Shown in pieces: positions 20,341 through 29,611 of a DNA stretch of 64,000 bases. The translations under genes were made by a program, and so were the position numbers. Position 1 is the stretch's first letter. Every line of letters begins with the position of its first letter. Origin of the DNA: Sulfolobales archaeon (GTDB lineage Archaea; Thermoproteota; Thermoprotei_A; Sulfolobales; AG1); assembly GCA_038867615.1 (NCBI GenBank), contig JAWBYA010000003.1, positions 192,001 through 256,000 on the forward strand. The letters are read 5' to 3'. The notes under the pieces are model-generated. The model saw only the letters and a list, made by a program, of their open reading frames with translations, was not told the origin of the DNA and did not search any database.

Positions 20341-21292
20341 GAAAGAGCCTATAGCTATGCTGGATAGTGTTTATAAATACTTCCCAGCCGTAGAAACGAT
20401 CTTTGGGAGGTCAAAGGCATATATAAGGGCTGTTGACGGTGTATCGCTCAATATATATGAAGGCGAGATCCTGGGGCTTGTTGGAGAGTCCGGGAGCGGG
20501 AAAACCACCGTCGCCAGGATAGTTGCTGGGCTCCTCAAGCCGGATAGGGGTAGGGTTCTCTACAGGGGCTTTGATATATATTCGGGCAAGATCCCGAAGC
20601 ATATTAGAAGAAAGATCCAGATGATCTATCAAGATCCCGAGGTATCTCTAGATCCTAGATATACTGTTAAGCAGACAATCGAGGAGGCATTGAAGGCAGC
20701 AGGGCGTAGTACTAATGAAACAAGAGATCTCGTGAGATCCCTAGGACTCTCTGAAGACGTTCTTGAAAAGATCCCTCAACAGCTTTCAGGAGGTCAGAAA
20801 CAGAGGGTGGCTATAGCACGGGCCCTAGCCATGAGACCGGATCTATTGATAGCAGACGAGCCAACCTCAGCACTCGATGTATCAACAAGAACCCAGATAT
20901 TAAATATACTGCTAGAGCTTAACAAAAGCTTTGGGATAACAATCATGATAATAACCCACGATCTCGGTGTTGCAGCATATATGAGCGACCGCATAGCTGT
21001 GATGTATTTAGGAAAAATAGTAGAAGTTGGAGCTGCAGAAGAGATTATAAAGGAGCCTAGGCATCCATATACAATGGCCCTCATATCATCAAGCCCCTCA
21101 GCATCGAGACTATCTAAAGCTAATATAAAGCCCATCGGCGAAATAGCATCACAGATCAATATACCCAAGGGTTGCAGATTCCACCCGAGATGTCCATTCG
21201 CCATGGAGATCTGTAGGAAGGAGGAGCCGCCGTATTTCGACGTTGGTGATGGACATATATCAGCGTGCTGGCTGCATAGGGAGCGCTCATAA
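20324..21292 (+). CDS. dppF: Peptide ABC transporter ATP-binding subunit (DppF)
   Basis: GESGSGKT, QDPEVSLDPR, LSGGQKQR, GCRFHPRC. Confidence 0.92.
   Translation: MTPQLRKEPIAMLDSVYKYFPAVETIFGRSKAYIRAVDGVSLNIYEGEILGLVGESGSGKTTVARIVAGLLKPDRGRVLYRGFDIYSGKIPKHIRRKIQMIYQDPEVSLDPRYTVKQTIEEALKAAGRSTNETRDLVRSLGLSEDVLEKIPQQLSGGQKQRVAIARALAMRPDLLIADEPTSALDVSTRTQILNILLELNKSFGITIMIITHDLGVAAYMSDRIAVMYLGKIVEVGAAEEIIKEPRHPYTMALISSSPSASRLSKANIKPIGEIASQINIPKGCRFHPRCPFAMEICRKEEPPYFDVGDGHISACWLHRERS
21168..21278 (+). repeat. 111-bp repeat, copy 2
   Basis: agggttgcagattccacccgagatgtccattcgc...ctggctgcata, shared with the 3' end of oppD. Confidence 0.9.
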
Positions 21293-21360
21293 CACATGGC
21301 TAAAGATCACGTATTATTAGCTAATAATAAGCTAGAATAGATCCTAGTTTCGGGTTATTG

Positions 21361-22620
21361 TCAGTTTGGATATGTTAGCAGCCAATACCATAGTGGTATT
21401 AATTCTACTCCATCTATTTTCCCACTATAGTTCCACGTCAGTACTCTAACCTTCTTTGGTTTCAATTCCCTTTGTGCTTTCTTTAAAGCCCTTAGTTCTC
21501 TTTCTTTTATCTCATTCTCAGCATAGGTTACTTGGATCAATTCCTCTGCTTCGAAGTTCTTGCTTATGATGAAATCAACCTCTGCTCCAACGCTTTTCCC
21601 ATATTCTTTCCAATAGTACACCTCGCTCTCACCTCTTCTGAGGAGTTCGAGATAGACTGCGTTCTCCATAGCTCTCGATATTGAGAATTCATACCCTAGT
21701 GCTGTTGTATACCCTGTATCTATTATATAGAGTTTTTTAGGATTAGTCTTCCTTTTTCTCTCACTCTTCTGGAAGATCTCTACGGTGAATGCGAAATAGG
21801 TTTCTCTCGCCCTGTTGAGCATCTCTATAACCTTCTCCTTACCGATCGAGAAGCCCAGCGATCTGAGATAGCTATAGATCCTGTTTATAGTTACTAGCTG
21901 AGCATAATTAGATATAAGATATAGAGCTAGCACTTCAGCTAGTGGACCACCACCTAGGTCTCTCACAACCACTGAATCAAAATAAGCCCTAAGTATACGT
22001 CTCTTGTCACTCTCAAGGGTAACAGCTGGGTAAGCACCATAGTAAAGATACTCTCTCAGCATCGAGAGCACCTTACCCCTTTCAACACTATAGATAAGAA
22101 TATCAGGTTTCGGATCATAGCCTAGGAAAGATAGATATTCTCTAAAAGATAGCGGGTAAACCTCATAGTTCACACACCTACCTCTCAACTCGTCTGCAAT
22201 TCTCCTGGGTGTTAAGGAGGATGATGAGCCTGTTATATATATTCTAGCATTGAGCCTTCTCCTAAACCAACCTCCGTAGTCTCTAACAACCTGCAGTTCG
22301 TCAAGAAAAATATATTTAGGCTCCTTACCGGTGAGCTCCTGGAACGCTATAAGCATATCATCTAGATCCAATGCCGATAAACCCCTCAGCCTCGCATGCT
22401 CAAGATCTACATAGAGGATCTCATCCATACTAGCTTTACCACTCTCAATAATCTTTTTAATAGTTGAGAAGAGGAGATAGGTTTTACCGCTCCTCCTAGC
22501 ACCCGTAACCGCTACGATCAGATTAGAGTCTAGAGGCAGCGCGACCTCCCTATCCCTTACCTCAGGGATACCCCGGCTCAGCCACTCAGCGATAACATGC
22601 TTGAAATCCTCAATCCTCAT
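21361..22620 (-). CDS. COG1373 AAA+ ATPase (AAA_14 + DUF4143, C-terminal PD-(D/E)XK-like region)
   Basis: GARRSGKT, FLDELQ, ITGSSS, LRGR, PLSFREY, KKLYIIDTG, ENAVYLEL, EVDF..IQV. Confidence 0.9.
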   Translation of the reverse strand: MRIEDFKHVIAEWLSRGIPEVRDREVALPLDSNLIVAVTGARRSGKTYLLFSTIKKIIESGKASMDEILYVDLEHARLRGLSALDLDDMLIAFQELTGKEPKYIFLDELQVVRDYGGWFRRRLNARIYITGSSSSLTPRRIADELRGRCVNYEVYPLSFREYLSFLGYDPKPDILIYSVERGKVLSMLREYLYYGAYPAVTLESDKRRILRAYFDSVVVRDLGGGPLAEVLALYLISNYAQLVTINRIYSYLRSLGFSIGKEKVIEMLNRARETYFAFTVEIFQKSERKRKTNPKKLYIIDTGYTTALGYEFSISRAMENAVYLELLRRGESEVYYWKEYGKSVGAEVDFIISKNFEAEELIQVTYAENEIKERELRALKKAQRELKPKKVRVLTWNYSGKIDGVELIPLWYWLLTYPN

Positions 22621-22632
22621 TTTCTACCAATA

Positions 22633-22686
22633 CTGGTCTATTACAGACCGGTTTATAAATAAAAGTGGTCTATAATAGACCACTTT
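22633..22686. promoter_or_regulatory. Two related palindromic operators flanking the TATA box (TTTATAAA 22652-22659) of the COG1373 ATPase
   Basis: AAAGTGGTCTAT-A-ATAGACCACTTT (22662-22686, perfect 12-1-12) and GGTCTATTACAGACC (22635-22649). Confidence 0.75.
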
Positions 22687-23036
22687 ATAGCTAGGAACAG
22701 CTAATCATAGTTTAATAGCCATTCAAGAGATTTGCGTGCTAAGAGCTTCTCATTAGATGCTTGATACATTGATCTTTTATAGATAGCCGAAAATCTCATA
22801 ATGACGGAAGAGCATGTTAAACCAGATCATTAACTAGGTCAATGATCCATAGGATTGTCTACAGCTATCAAGGGCTTCCTCGCGATTCACGGAAGACTCC
22901 CAACCAGTTGGTGTGTATATTGTGTGGTTATAATCATATGTGCTATAGCCTTGATTATAATGCTGGAAGAGAGGGTTGAATGCCCGATTCTTTTATTATA
23001 TTATTAATGACCCAGCCGTTTTGGTCGTGTGTTATG

Positions 23037-25454
23037 TTATTCGAAGCCCTTGTTCTTTGTGCTTTTTCCTCTGCTTCTGATGCTGCTGAGGGATTCTAGC
23101 AATATTTTTCTCTCTATACCTGCCACGATACGTCTTGTGCTGATCACGGCGTCCGGGTTTACTGAGATGCTATCTATACCTTCTCTCACTAGGAATTCCA
23201 CTATCTCTGGGTAATAACTTGGTGCCTGTCCACAGATTGAGACTGTTCTTCCATTCCTCTTGGCACCTCTTATGATCATGCTCATTGCCTTTAACACTGC
23301 TTCGTCCCTTTCATCGAAATAGCCCATTGAGCTTAGAAGGTCTGAATCCCTATCTATCCCGAGGATCATTTGTGTTAGATCGTTGCTACCGATGCTGAAG
23401 CCGTCGAAGTATTTCGAGAACTCGTCTATCATGAGGGCTATTGATGGGACCTCAGCCATTGCCCATATCTTGAAATCCCTCGAGCTCTTAAGCCCTTCCT
23501 CAGCCATCAGCTCTATCACCCTCTCAGCCTCCCATACCGTTCTAACCATGGGGATCATAACCCATACGTTCTTCAGCCCCATCTCATCCCTAACCCTCTT
23601 GACAGCCTTTAGCTCGAGCTTGAATGCATCTCTATATAGAGGGTGTATATATCTTGAAGCCCCTCTCCAGCCTATCATCGGGTTTCTCTCATCAGGTTCG
23701 AACTCCTCTCCTCCTATTAGTTTCTTATACTCGTTGCTCTTGAAATCGCTGAACCTGACGACAACCGGTCTGGGAGCGATCCTCGATGCAACCATAGCTA
23801 TACCGCTTGCAAGTCTGTCTATGAAGAACTCCTGCCTCTCAGTCTTTATGAGGTAGAGTGGGTGGTAGCCAACCCAGCTTGATATTACGAACTCTATCCT
23901 CATAAGGCCTATCCCGTCGAATGGGAGTCTGAGGTACCTCTCTATAGCCTCTGGCTCGCCCAGGTTCATATAGATCTTTGTTGCTGTGGGTATATAGAGC
24001 TCCTCCCACTCCCTCTCCCCAGCCTTGGTTGTGGTCTGTGCTAGGCTAACCTCTACTTGGCCGTTCTCTATAATATCTCTATAGGTCTCGGGGTTCTCCA
24101 TAACCTCTATCACGCCCCTACTACCATCCACCTTAAGGATCTCTCCATCTTTTATCGTGTCAAGAATCCCTGGTACACCAACTACAGCAGGGATCCCTAG
24201 CTCCCTAGCTGTTATCGCTGCATGGCTTGTAACACCGCCCCTCTCAGTAACTATGGCAGAGGCTATCCTCATTATTGGGACCCAGTCTGGGTCTGTCATG
24301 AGGGTGACGAGGATCTCGCCCCTGTTAAACCCCTTAGCTTTAGCCTCGCCTATATCTCTCAGGATTTTAGCCCTACCAATAGCTATTCCGGGTGAGGCGG
24401 CGAGTCCTTTAAAGACCCTTTTTTCTTTAGCAATGCTTCCTCTGGGCTTCTGGCTTGGCATGTTTAGGTTTGTGACTGGTCTCACTTGGAGGATATATAG
24501 CCTTCCGCTACTATCTATAGCCCACTCTATATCTACTGGGCTTCCGATAAGTTCTTCTAGTCTGACTGCTACTTTAGCTATCTCTATGGCTTCTTGATCC
24601 GATATGCTCTGCTCACCAGCCCTCTTCTCATCGACAGGTTTCTCGCTATTAATACCCTTTACAGGGTCGTAGACATACTCTCTATCCTTTTTAGAGATAA
24701 ACTTCTCCACAATCTTAAGGCTCTTCTTATCAATCACAAGCTTATCAGGTGTTATGACTCCTCTCACGATATATTCTCCCAACCCCCATATGCTCTCGAT
24801 CACAACTATATCTGGATCTCCGTCGAGTGGGTTGACTGTGAATGTGACGCCAGAGGATCTGGAGTCAACCATGAGTTGAACAATAACAGCCATTAAGAGG
24901 CTCTCCACATTCACAAGCCCTTTAGCCTTTCTATAGACAAGAGCTCTTGCATTGAATAAAGAGGCCCAGCACTTCTTTATAGACTGTATAACATTCTCAG
25001 CCCCTATAACGTTTAAGAAAGTATCGTGCTGTCCCGCAAAAGCAGCGCTGCTCAGATCCTCAGCCACTGCTGAGCTCCTTACAGCGACTCTGCATCTCTC
25101 GCTCCCAGTTACCCTTAGACATAGATCTCTATACGCATTAGACACATCCTCAGCTATTTCTCTAGGCATTTCAGCAGACTCTATCTTCTCTATAATACTT
25201 CTGCTTATTTTATCCACTCTATCTGGTGAGGCTTTTTCCTCAAGAGTCTCTATAGCCTCTTCTATAATTCTTCCAAGCCCGCTCTGCCTGAGGAACTTGC
25301 TGAAAGCACTTGTAGGGACTATAAAACCAGGGGTTGTCGGGATCTTGTTTTTAACAAGCCTTATTATACCGAGGGCTTTACCACCAACCACATTTATATC
25401 CTCGGGAGCCTCTTCCAGGCTGATCACGTGTTTCTGGGTAGCTGTTTCTTCCAT
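23037..25454 (-). CDS. ppsA: Phosphoenolpyruvate synthase (pyruvate, water dikinase)
   Basis: VGGKA, VAVRSSA, FAGQHDT, GGVTSHAAI phospho-His, ERNPMIGWRG, SIGSNDLTQ, CGQAPS. Confidence 0.95.
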   Translation of the reverse strand: MEETATQKHVISLEEAPEDINVVGGKALGIIRLVKNKIPTTPGFIVPTSAFSKFLRQSGLGRIIEEAIETLEEKASPDRVDKISRSIIEKIESAEMPREIAEDVSNAYRDLCLRVTGSERCRVAVRSSAVAEDLSSAAFAGQHDTFLNVIGAENVIQSIKKCWASLFNARALVYRKAKGLVNVESLLMAVIVQLMVDSRSSGVTFTVNPLDGDPDIVVIESIWGLGEYIVRGVITPDKLVIDKKSLKIVEKFISKKDREYVYDPVKGINSEKPVDEKRAGEQSISDQEAIEIAKVAVRLEELIGSPVDIEWAIDSSGRLYILQVRPVTNLNMPSQKPRGSIAKEKRVFKGLAASPGIAIGRAKILRDIGEAKAKGFNRGEILVTLMTDPDWVPIMRIASAIVTERGGVTSHAAITARELGIPAVVGVPGILDTIKDGEILKVDGSRGVIEVMENPETYRDIIENGQVEVSLAQTTTKAGEREWEELYIPTATKIYMNLGEPEAIERYLRLPFDGIGLMRIEFVISSWVGYHPLYLIKTERQEFFIDRLASGIAMVASRIAPRPVVVRFSDFKSNEYKKLIGGEEFEPDERNPMIGWRGASRYIHPLYRDAFKLELKAVKRVRDEMGLKNVWVMIPMVRTVWEAERVIELMAEEGLKSSRDFKIWAMAEVPSIALMIDEFSKYFDGFSIGSNDLTQMILGIDRDSDLLSSMGYFDERDEAVLKAMSMIIRGAKRNGRTVSICGQAPSYYPEIVEFLVREGIDSISVNPDAVISTRRIVAGIERKILLESLSSIRSRGKSTKNKGFE

Positions 25455-25580
25455 TCATTATACCCATAATACTAGTTCATATAGGGTATAAAAATTATTA
25501 TGATAACACCTAACCAGCTAGGCCTTCTATGGCGACGAGCACGTGGTTTATAACCCCCAATGTATAGAAAACATATTGGA

Positions 25581-25683
25581 GCCGCCGTAGCTCAGCTGGT
25601 AGAGCGCCGGCCTTGTACGGTGTTATAGAACCGAGGTCGCCCAGGATAGCCGGCGGTCGCGGGTTCGAATCCCGCCGGCGGCT
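25581..25683 (+). tRNA. tRNA-Thr(TGT) with 30-nt intron at 37/38 (25618-25647)
   Basis: GCCGCCG acceptor; CCGGC-CTTGTA[intron]A-GCCGG; BHB central helix CTTG/CAGG. Confidence 0.93.
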
Positions 25684-25731
25684 CTAATCCGCATATCATG
25701 GTTATAACCCCTTACTCGTAATATAGATTGC

Positions 25732-26844
25732 GTGGGTAGTATGCATGTAATCATACTTGCTGGGGGTTTTGCGACAAGGCTTAGACCATTAACGCTGACG
25801 AGACCCAAAGCCCTTCTCCCTGTGCTTGATAGGCCTCTGGTGGACTGGATCCTTGAGGAGTCTGTGAGGAGTGGTGCTAAGAGGGTGACTCTTGCTCTTT
25901 ACCATATGCATGATAGGATCTTGGGGCATGTTCTCTCTAGATGGGGGGATGATGTATTGATAGACCACTATGTTGAGCACGTACCTCTAGGTGATGCAGG
26001 GCCTTTGAGGGAGATAGGCGAGAGGCTTGGTATAGATTATCCTGTGGTGGTGATCTATGGCGATATCTTCAGCTCTATAAGCATTAGGAATATATATAGC
26101 TATCACAAAGCTAAGGGCGGTATAGCGACAATCGCTATTACAAAAACCAGTGATGTGAGGAGGTTCGGGGCCGTCGATATAGATAGTGATAACAGGGTTA
26201 GGGGTTTTATTGAGAAGCCGCCGATAGAGACTCCGGGCTATATAAATGCAGGTGTCTATGTCTTTAGCGAGGAGGCTATAAAGCATATAGAGGTTGGGAA
26301 GAAGCAAGGCATAGGTAGGGATCTTATGCCAAGGCTCCTCAAGAAGGGGGATGTATATGCATATATACATAGTGGTGTGTGGAACGACATAGGCATGCCT
26401 GAGGATTATATAAAGGCTAACCTAGACGCGCTCAGCATGGTGAGCGGGGATAGTATGTATATAAGTCCTAAGGCTTTTATCAAAGGTAATGTGGAGACAA
26501 ACCCACCTCTCTATATAGGGGATGGTGTGAGCATAGATGATGGAGCATCAATAGGTTATGGCTCAATAATAATGAAGGGTGCAAAGATAGGCAAGGGCTC
26601 TCTTATAATAGGAAGCCTGGTTATGGAGAGAGCTATTATAGAGCAGAGTGCTATTATAATAAACTCTATAGTTGGCGAGGGGAGCTATATAGGTAGATGG
26701 ACCAGGGTTTCTAAGAAATGCATAGTAGGCGACGGAGTATATCTGGGCGACACGGCATGCCTTGGTGAGGGGACAATCGTTCTCCCCTACAAGGATCTCG
26801 GTACAGTGGATCTATGTAACGAGACAGGAAAAGTAATCCTCTAG
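25732..26844 (+). CDS. NDP-sugar pyrophosphorylase (mannose-1-phosphate guanylyltransferase-like) with hexapeptide repeats
   Basis: ILAGGFATRLRPLT..PKALLP, PLGDAG, EKP, INAGVY, WNDIG, left-handed beta-helix C-terminus. Confidence 0.9.
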   Translation: MGSMHVIILAGGFATRLRPLTLTRPKALLPVLDRPLVDWILEESVRSGAKRVTLALYHMHDRILGHVLSRWGDDVLIDHYVEHVPLGDAGPLREIGERLGIDYPVVVIYGDIFSSISIRNIYSYHKAKGGIATIAITKTSDVRRFGAVDIDSDNRVRGFIEKPPIETPGYINAGVYVFSEEAIKHIEVGKKQGIGRDLMPRLLKKGDVYAYIHSGVWNDIGMPEDYIKANLDALSMVSGDSMYISPKAFIKGNVETNPPLYIGDGVSIDDGASIGYGSIIMKGAKIGKGSLIIGSLVMERAIIEQSAIIINSIVGEGSYIGRWTRVSKKCIVGDGVYLGDTACLGEGTIVLPYKDLGTVDLCNETGKVIL

Positions 26845-26937
26845 CAAGTCTAATAGTTTCGACCACCTCTCTCCACGTAAGCACTATACGGTAAAGCAGA
26901 TATCACACCACAGCATAGAGAGTATTAGGTGTGAATA

Positions 26938-27129
26938 ATGGCTCTGAAGGTAATCAGTGTAAAACTAGATGAGGAGACGATAGAGCTTCTAGATAGATAT
27001 GCCGAGAAGCATGGAATGAATAGATCCGAGGTTATCAGAGAAGCCATAAGAAGGATCATAAACAGTGCTAGGGAGGATAACAAGGCTAGGAGCATGATTA
27101 CTTATAAAACCGTCAGGATATACACATAA
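26938..27129 (+). CDS. Ribbon-helix-helix (CopG family) DNA-binding protein
   Basis: KVISVKLDEETIELLDRYAEKHGMNRSEVIREAI. Confidence 0.88.
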   Translation: MALKVISVKLDEETIELLDRYAEKHGMNRSEVIREAIRRIINSAREDNKARSMITYKTVRIYT

Positions 27130-27132
27130 TGA

Positions 27133-27234
27133 GCCGCCGTAGCTCAGCCGGCAGAGCGCCGGGCTCATACGGCTTTATAGACCGGGGTCGCCTGAGAAAC
27201 CCGGAGGTCGCGGGTTCGAATCCCGCCGGCGGCA
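27133..27234 (+). tRNA. Elongator tRNA-Met(CAT) with 29-nt intron at 37/38 (27170-27198)
   Basis: GCCGCCG acceptor; CCGGG-CTCATA[intron]A-CCCGG; BHB central helix CTCA/TGAG. Confidence 0.92.
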
Positions 27235-27235
27235 C

Positions 27236-27763
27236 CTAGGCGTCTCCATTCTCTTGTGCTGCTATATAGAATGAGATTATGTAGAGTATTAATAGTGCAA
27301 CTCTGGAAGCTATATCGCTCAGCCTACCTCCTCTAAGAATCAGCATTGATATATAGTTGTTGCTTGATTTAACACCAATGGATCTGTTGAGAAGCTCCAT
27401 ATAGGTTATGGCATCACTTAGAGGTACGCGATCCTCAGATAGTATTATTGATGTTGAGATCGCTAGATCCTCTAGGTTCGCTGCAATACCCCGTAATATA
27501 TTCTCTGGGAGGCTGTTTGTAACAATATACCTCGCCAGGTCGTGGTCGTATCTAAATAGCTTTAGGCTAGAGATCCACATTGAGGCGTATAGCCTCAGCT
27601 CTCGATCTATGTGGGAACCATGCTCAGGATCTTTTTTACCGCTTATAAGATCTATTATTCTTAATGCATAAACAACCGGTTGAGGAGGCTCCCACTCATC
27701 AGTCTCAAGACTTGGTAATGTTCTATCCAGGATATGTATAGAGCTATCAACATCTATGGACAT
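27236..27763 (-). CDS. Hypothetical protein
   Basis: 175-aa ORF filling the gap, codon style like neighbours; no family recognised. Confidence 0.65.
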   Translation of the reverse strand: MSIDVDSSIHILDRTLPSLETDEWEPPQPVVYALRIIDLISGKKDPEHGSHIDRELRLYASMWISSLKLFRYDHDLARYIVTNSLPENILRGIAANLEDLAISTSIILSEDRVPLSDAITYMELLNRSIGVKSSNNYISMLILRGGRLSDIASRVALLILYIISFYIAAQENGDA

Positions 27764-27893
27764 CCAGATCCCGGTAGTAGGGCTTCACCAGTGTTACCAT
27801 TTTAAATAATAACCCCCAACAGGCTATCTGTATCATCGGCTCCATATTACCATAACGGCCTCTGGTCTATATGATCCCCGGGCTCTGGGGTCT

Positions 27894-29126
27894 TTAACCA
27901 GAATCGAGGGATCTTGCAATACATAGGTATAGATCTATGGCTCTCTCTATCTCTCCTATCGAGTTGTACTCATCCGGTATATGGGCTACTCCTTCAACGC
28001 CAGGGCCGAGTGTTATTACCTCGGAACCTTTGAGCCTGTAATAGACACTATCATTCCTACCAATACTTATAAATATCCCAGGTTTTTTACCGGTCTTTTT
28101 CTCAGCGCATGTTCTAGCAATATTTATGATTAATGATTCCTGGGGAGTTAGTGATGGGGGAACAGCGCTTAGGATCTTTACCCCATATCTAGCCCCAACA
28201 GCTTTAGAGGCTTTTTCGAAAGAGGCTTTGAGCTCCTCCACGACTCTATCAACATCCTCCTCAGGGATCACCCTCCTGTCAAAGCTGAACACAAACTCAC
28301 CAGGCACTGTGTTATCCTTCCTAGATAGGGATTCTGCATAGCCCCCCAGATTTATTGTGGGATGGGCGGCCTCGGAAACCTCTACAGGCGCCTTAGTAAC
28401 CCTTGATCTGAGGATAGGGCTATAGATCTCCATGAACTTTAGAGCAAGCTCAGAGGCCTTTAAAAACGCGTTCTCCCCAAGCCAGGGGGCGCTTGCATGA
28501 ACCTGCTTCCCATATACGCTGACAACCCCTCTCACAAGGCCCTTGTGACCTATTATCAGCTTATTAGAGGTGCTTGGCTCTGCTATAACCACATACTCAG
28601 GGATTTTTTTAGCGTTTTCAACATAATACCTAGTCCCAACACCCCCAGACTCTTCATCAGGGACAAAAACAGCCTCTATGGTCAGGTTTTTCCCAACACC
28701 GCTATCACGGATCTTCTTAAGCGCTGCTATAGTAGCGGCTATCCCGCCCTTCATATCTGTAGAACCCCTGCCATAGATCCTATCCCCCTCAATCACAGGT
28801 GTGAACGGGTCTCTCGTCCACCCACTACCTGGAGGCACCACATCATAGTGACCATTGAAATGAAGAACCCTACCCCCGCTACCTCTCCTAGCATAGACAA
28901 TATATCTAGGATACCCCCTATGCTGAGGCGAGTACGGGTAATGCTTATCCACATAATCCTCAGGGATCTCTATCAACTCTACATCGAACCCTATCTCACC
29001 GATCCTCTTAGCCAGCGTTTCCGAGCATCTCTTATACTCATACCCAGGGGGGTTTACTGTCGGGATGCTTATCAACTCCTTAAGGATCTCTATAGCAAAA
29101 CCCACATACTCATCCACAGCCATCAC
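27894..29126 (-). CDS. M20 family metallopeptidase/deacylase (ArgE/DapE-like)
   Basis: FNGHYDVVP, YGRGSTDMKGG, PDEESGG, AEPS, AHIPDEY. Confidence 0.92.
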   Translation of the reverse strand: MMAVDEYVGFAIEILKELISIPTVNPPGYEYKRCSETLAKRIGEIGFDVELIEIPEDYVDKHYPYSPQHRGYPRYIVYARRGSGGRVLHFNGHYDVVPPGSGWTRDPFTPVIEGDRIYGRGSTDMKGGIAATIAALKKIRDSGVGKNLTIEAVFVPDEESGGVGTRYYVENAKKIPEYVVIAEPSTSNKLIIGHKGLVRGVVSVYGKQVHASAPWLGENAFLKASELALKFMEIYSPILRSRVTKAPVEVSEAAHPTINLGGYAESLSRKDNTVPGEFVFSFDRRVIPEEDVDRVVEELKASFEKASKAVGARYGVKILSAVPPSLTPQESLIINIARTCAEKKTGKKPGIFISIGRNDSVYYRLKGSEVITLGPGVEGVAHIPDEYNSIGEIERAIDLYLCIARSLDSG

Positions 29127-29311
29127 ATTATTAGTGTTAGTTGGGCCTGATAAAAATAACGATGATAATCATTAATTATAGCGGCTCAAACCACCGATAA
29201 TGTGTTATTCTTTACCTTATACTCATATCCTTGCCGAGATCCGATGGCCTGGCTATTAGGCTTCTTAGCATACTAACTAGTAGGTAAGAGAGTATAGAGA
29301 GATACCCGATA

Positions 29312-29611
29312 TTGATACCACAGTTAGTGAGGATATGCGTGAAGGCGGCTCTAGAGCCTGGAGTGGTTTCTAGAGAGATAGAGGATCTAGGGATCAGATT
29401 GGATAGTGAGGTGAGGAGAGGTATTGTGAGGGCTCTAGAGGAGATTGCAAGCACACTGGTGTCTAGGAAAGGTCCCTCGCTTTATTGTAGGCTGTGTCGC
29501 AAGGGTCCCTATACTAAGAGGGGTGCGTATCTCCATCTACTCAGAATCCACTCTGATGATATTGTGAATATTGTTAGGGAGGAGTTTGATAGAGTTATAG
29601 GCCAGCTATAG
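29312..29611 (+). CDS. Small C2H2 zinc-finger protein
   Basis: CRLCRKGPYTKRGAYLHLLRIH. Confidence 0.75.
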   Translation: MIPQLVRICVKAALEPGVVSREIEDLGIRLDSEVRRGIVRALEEIASTLVSRKGPSLYCRLCRKGPYTKRGAYLHLLRIHSDDIVNIVREEFDRVIGQL

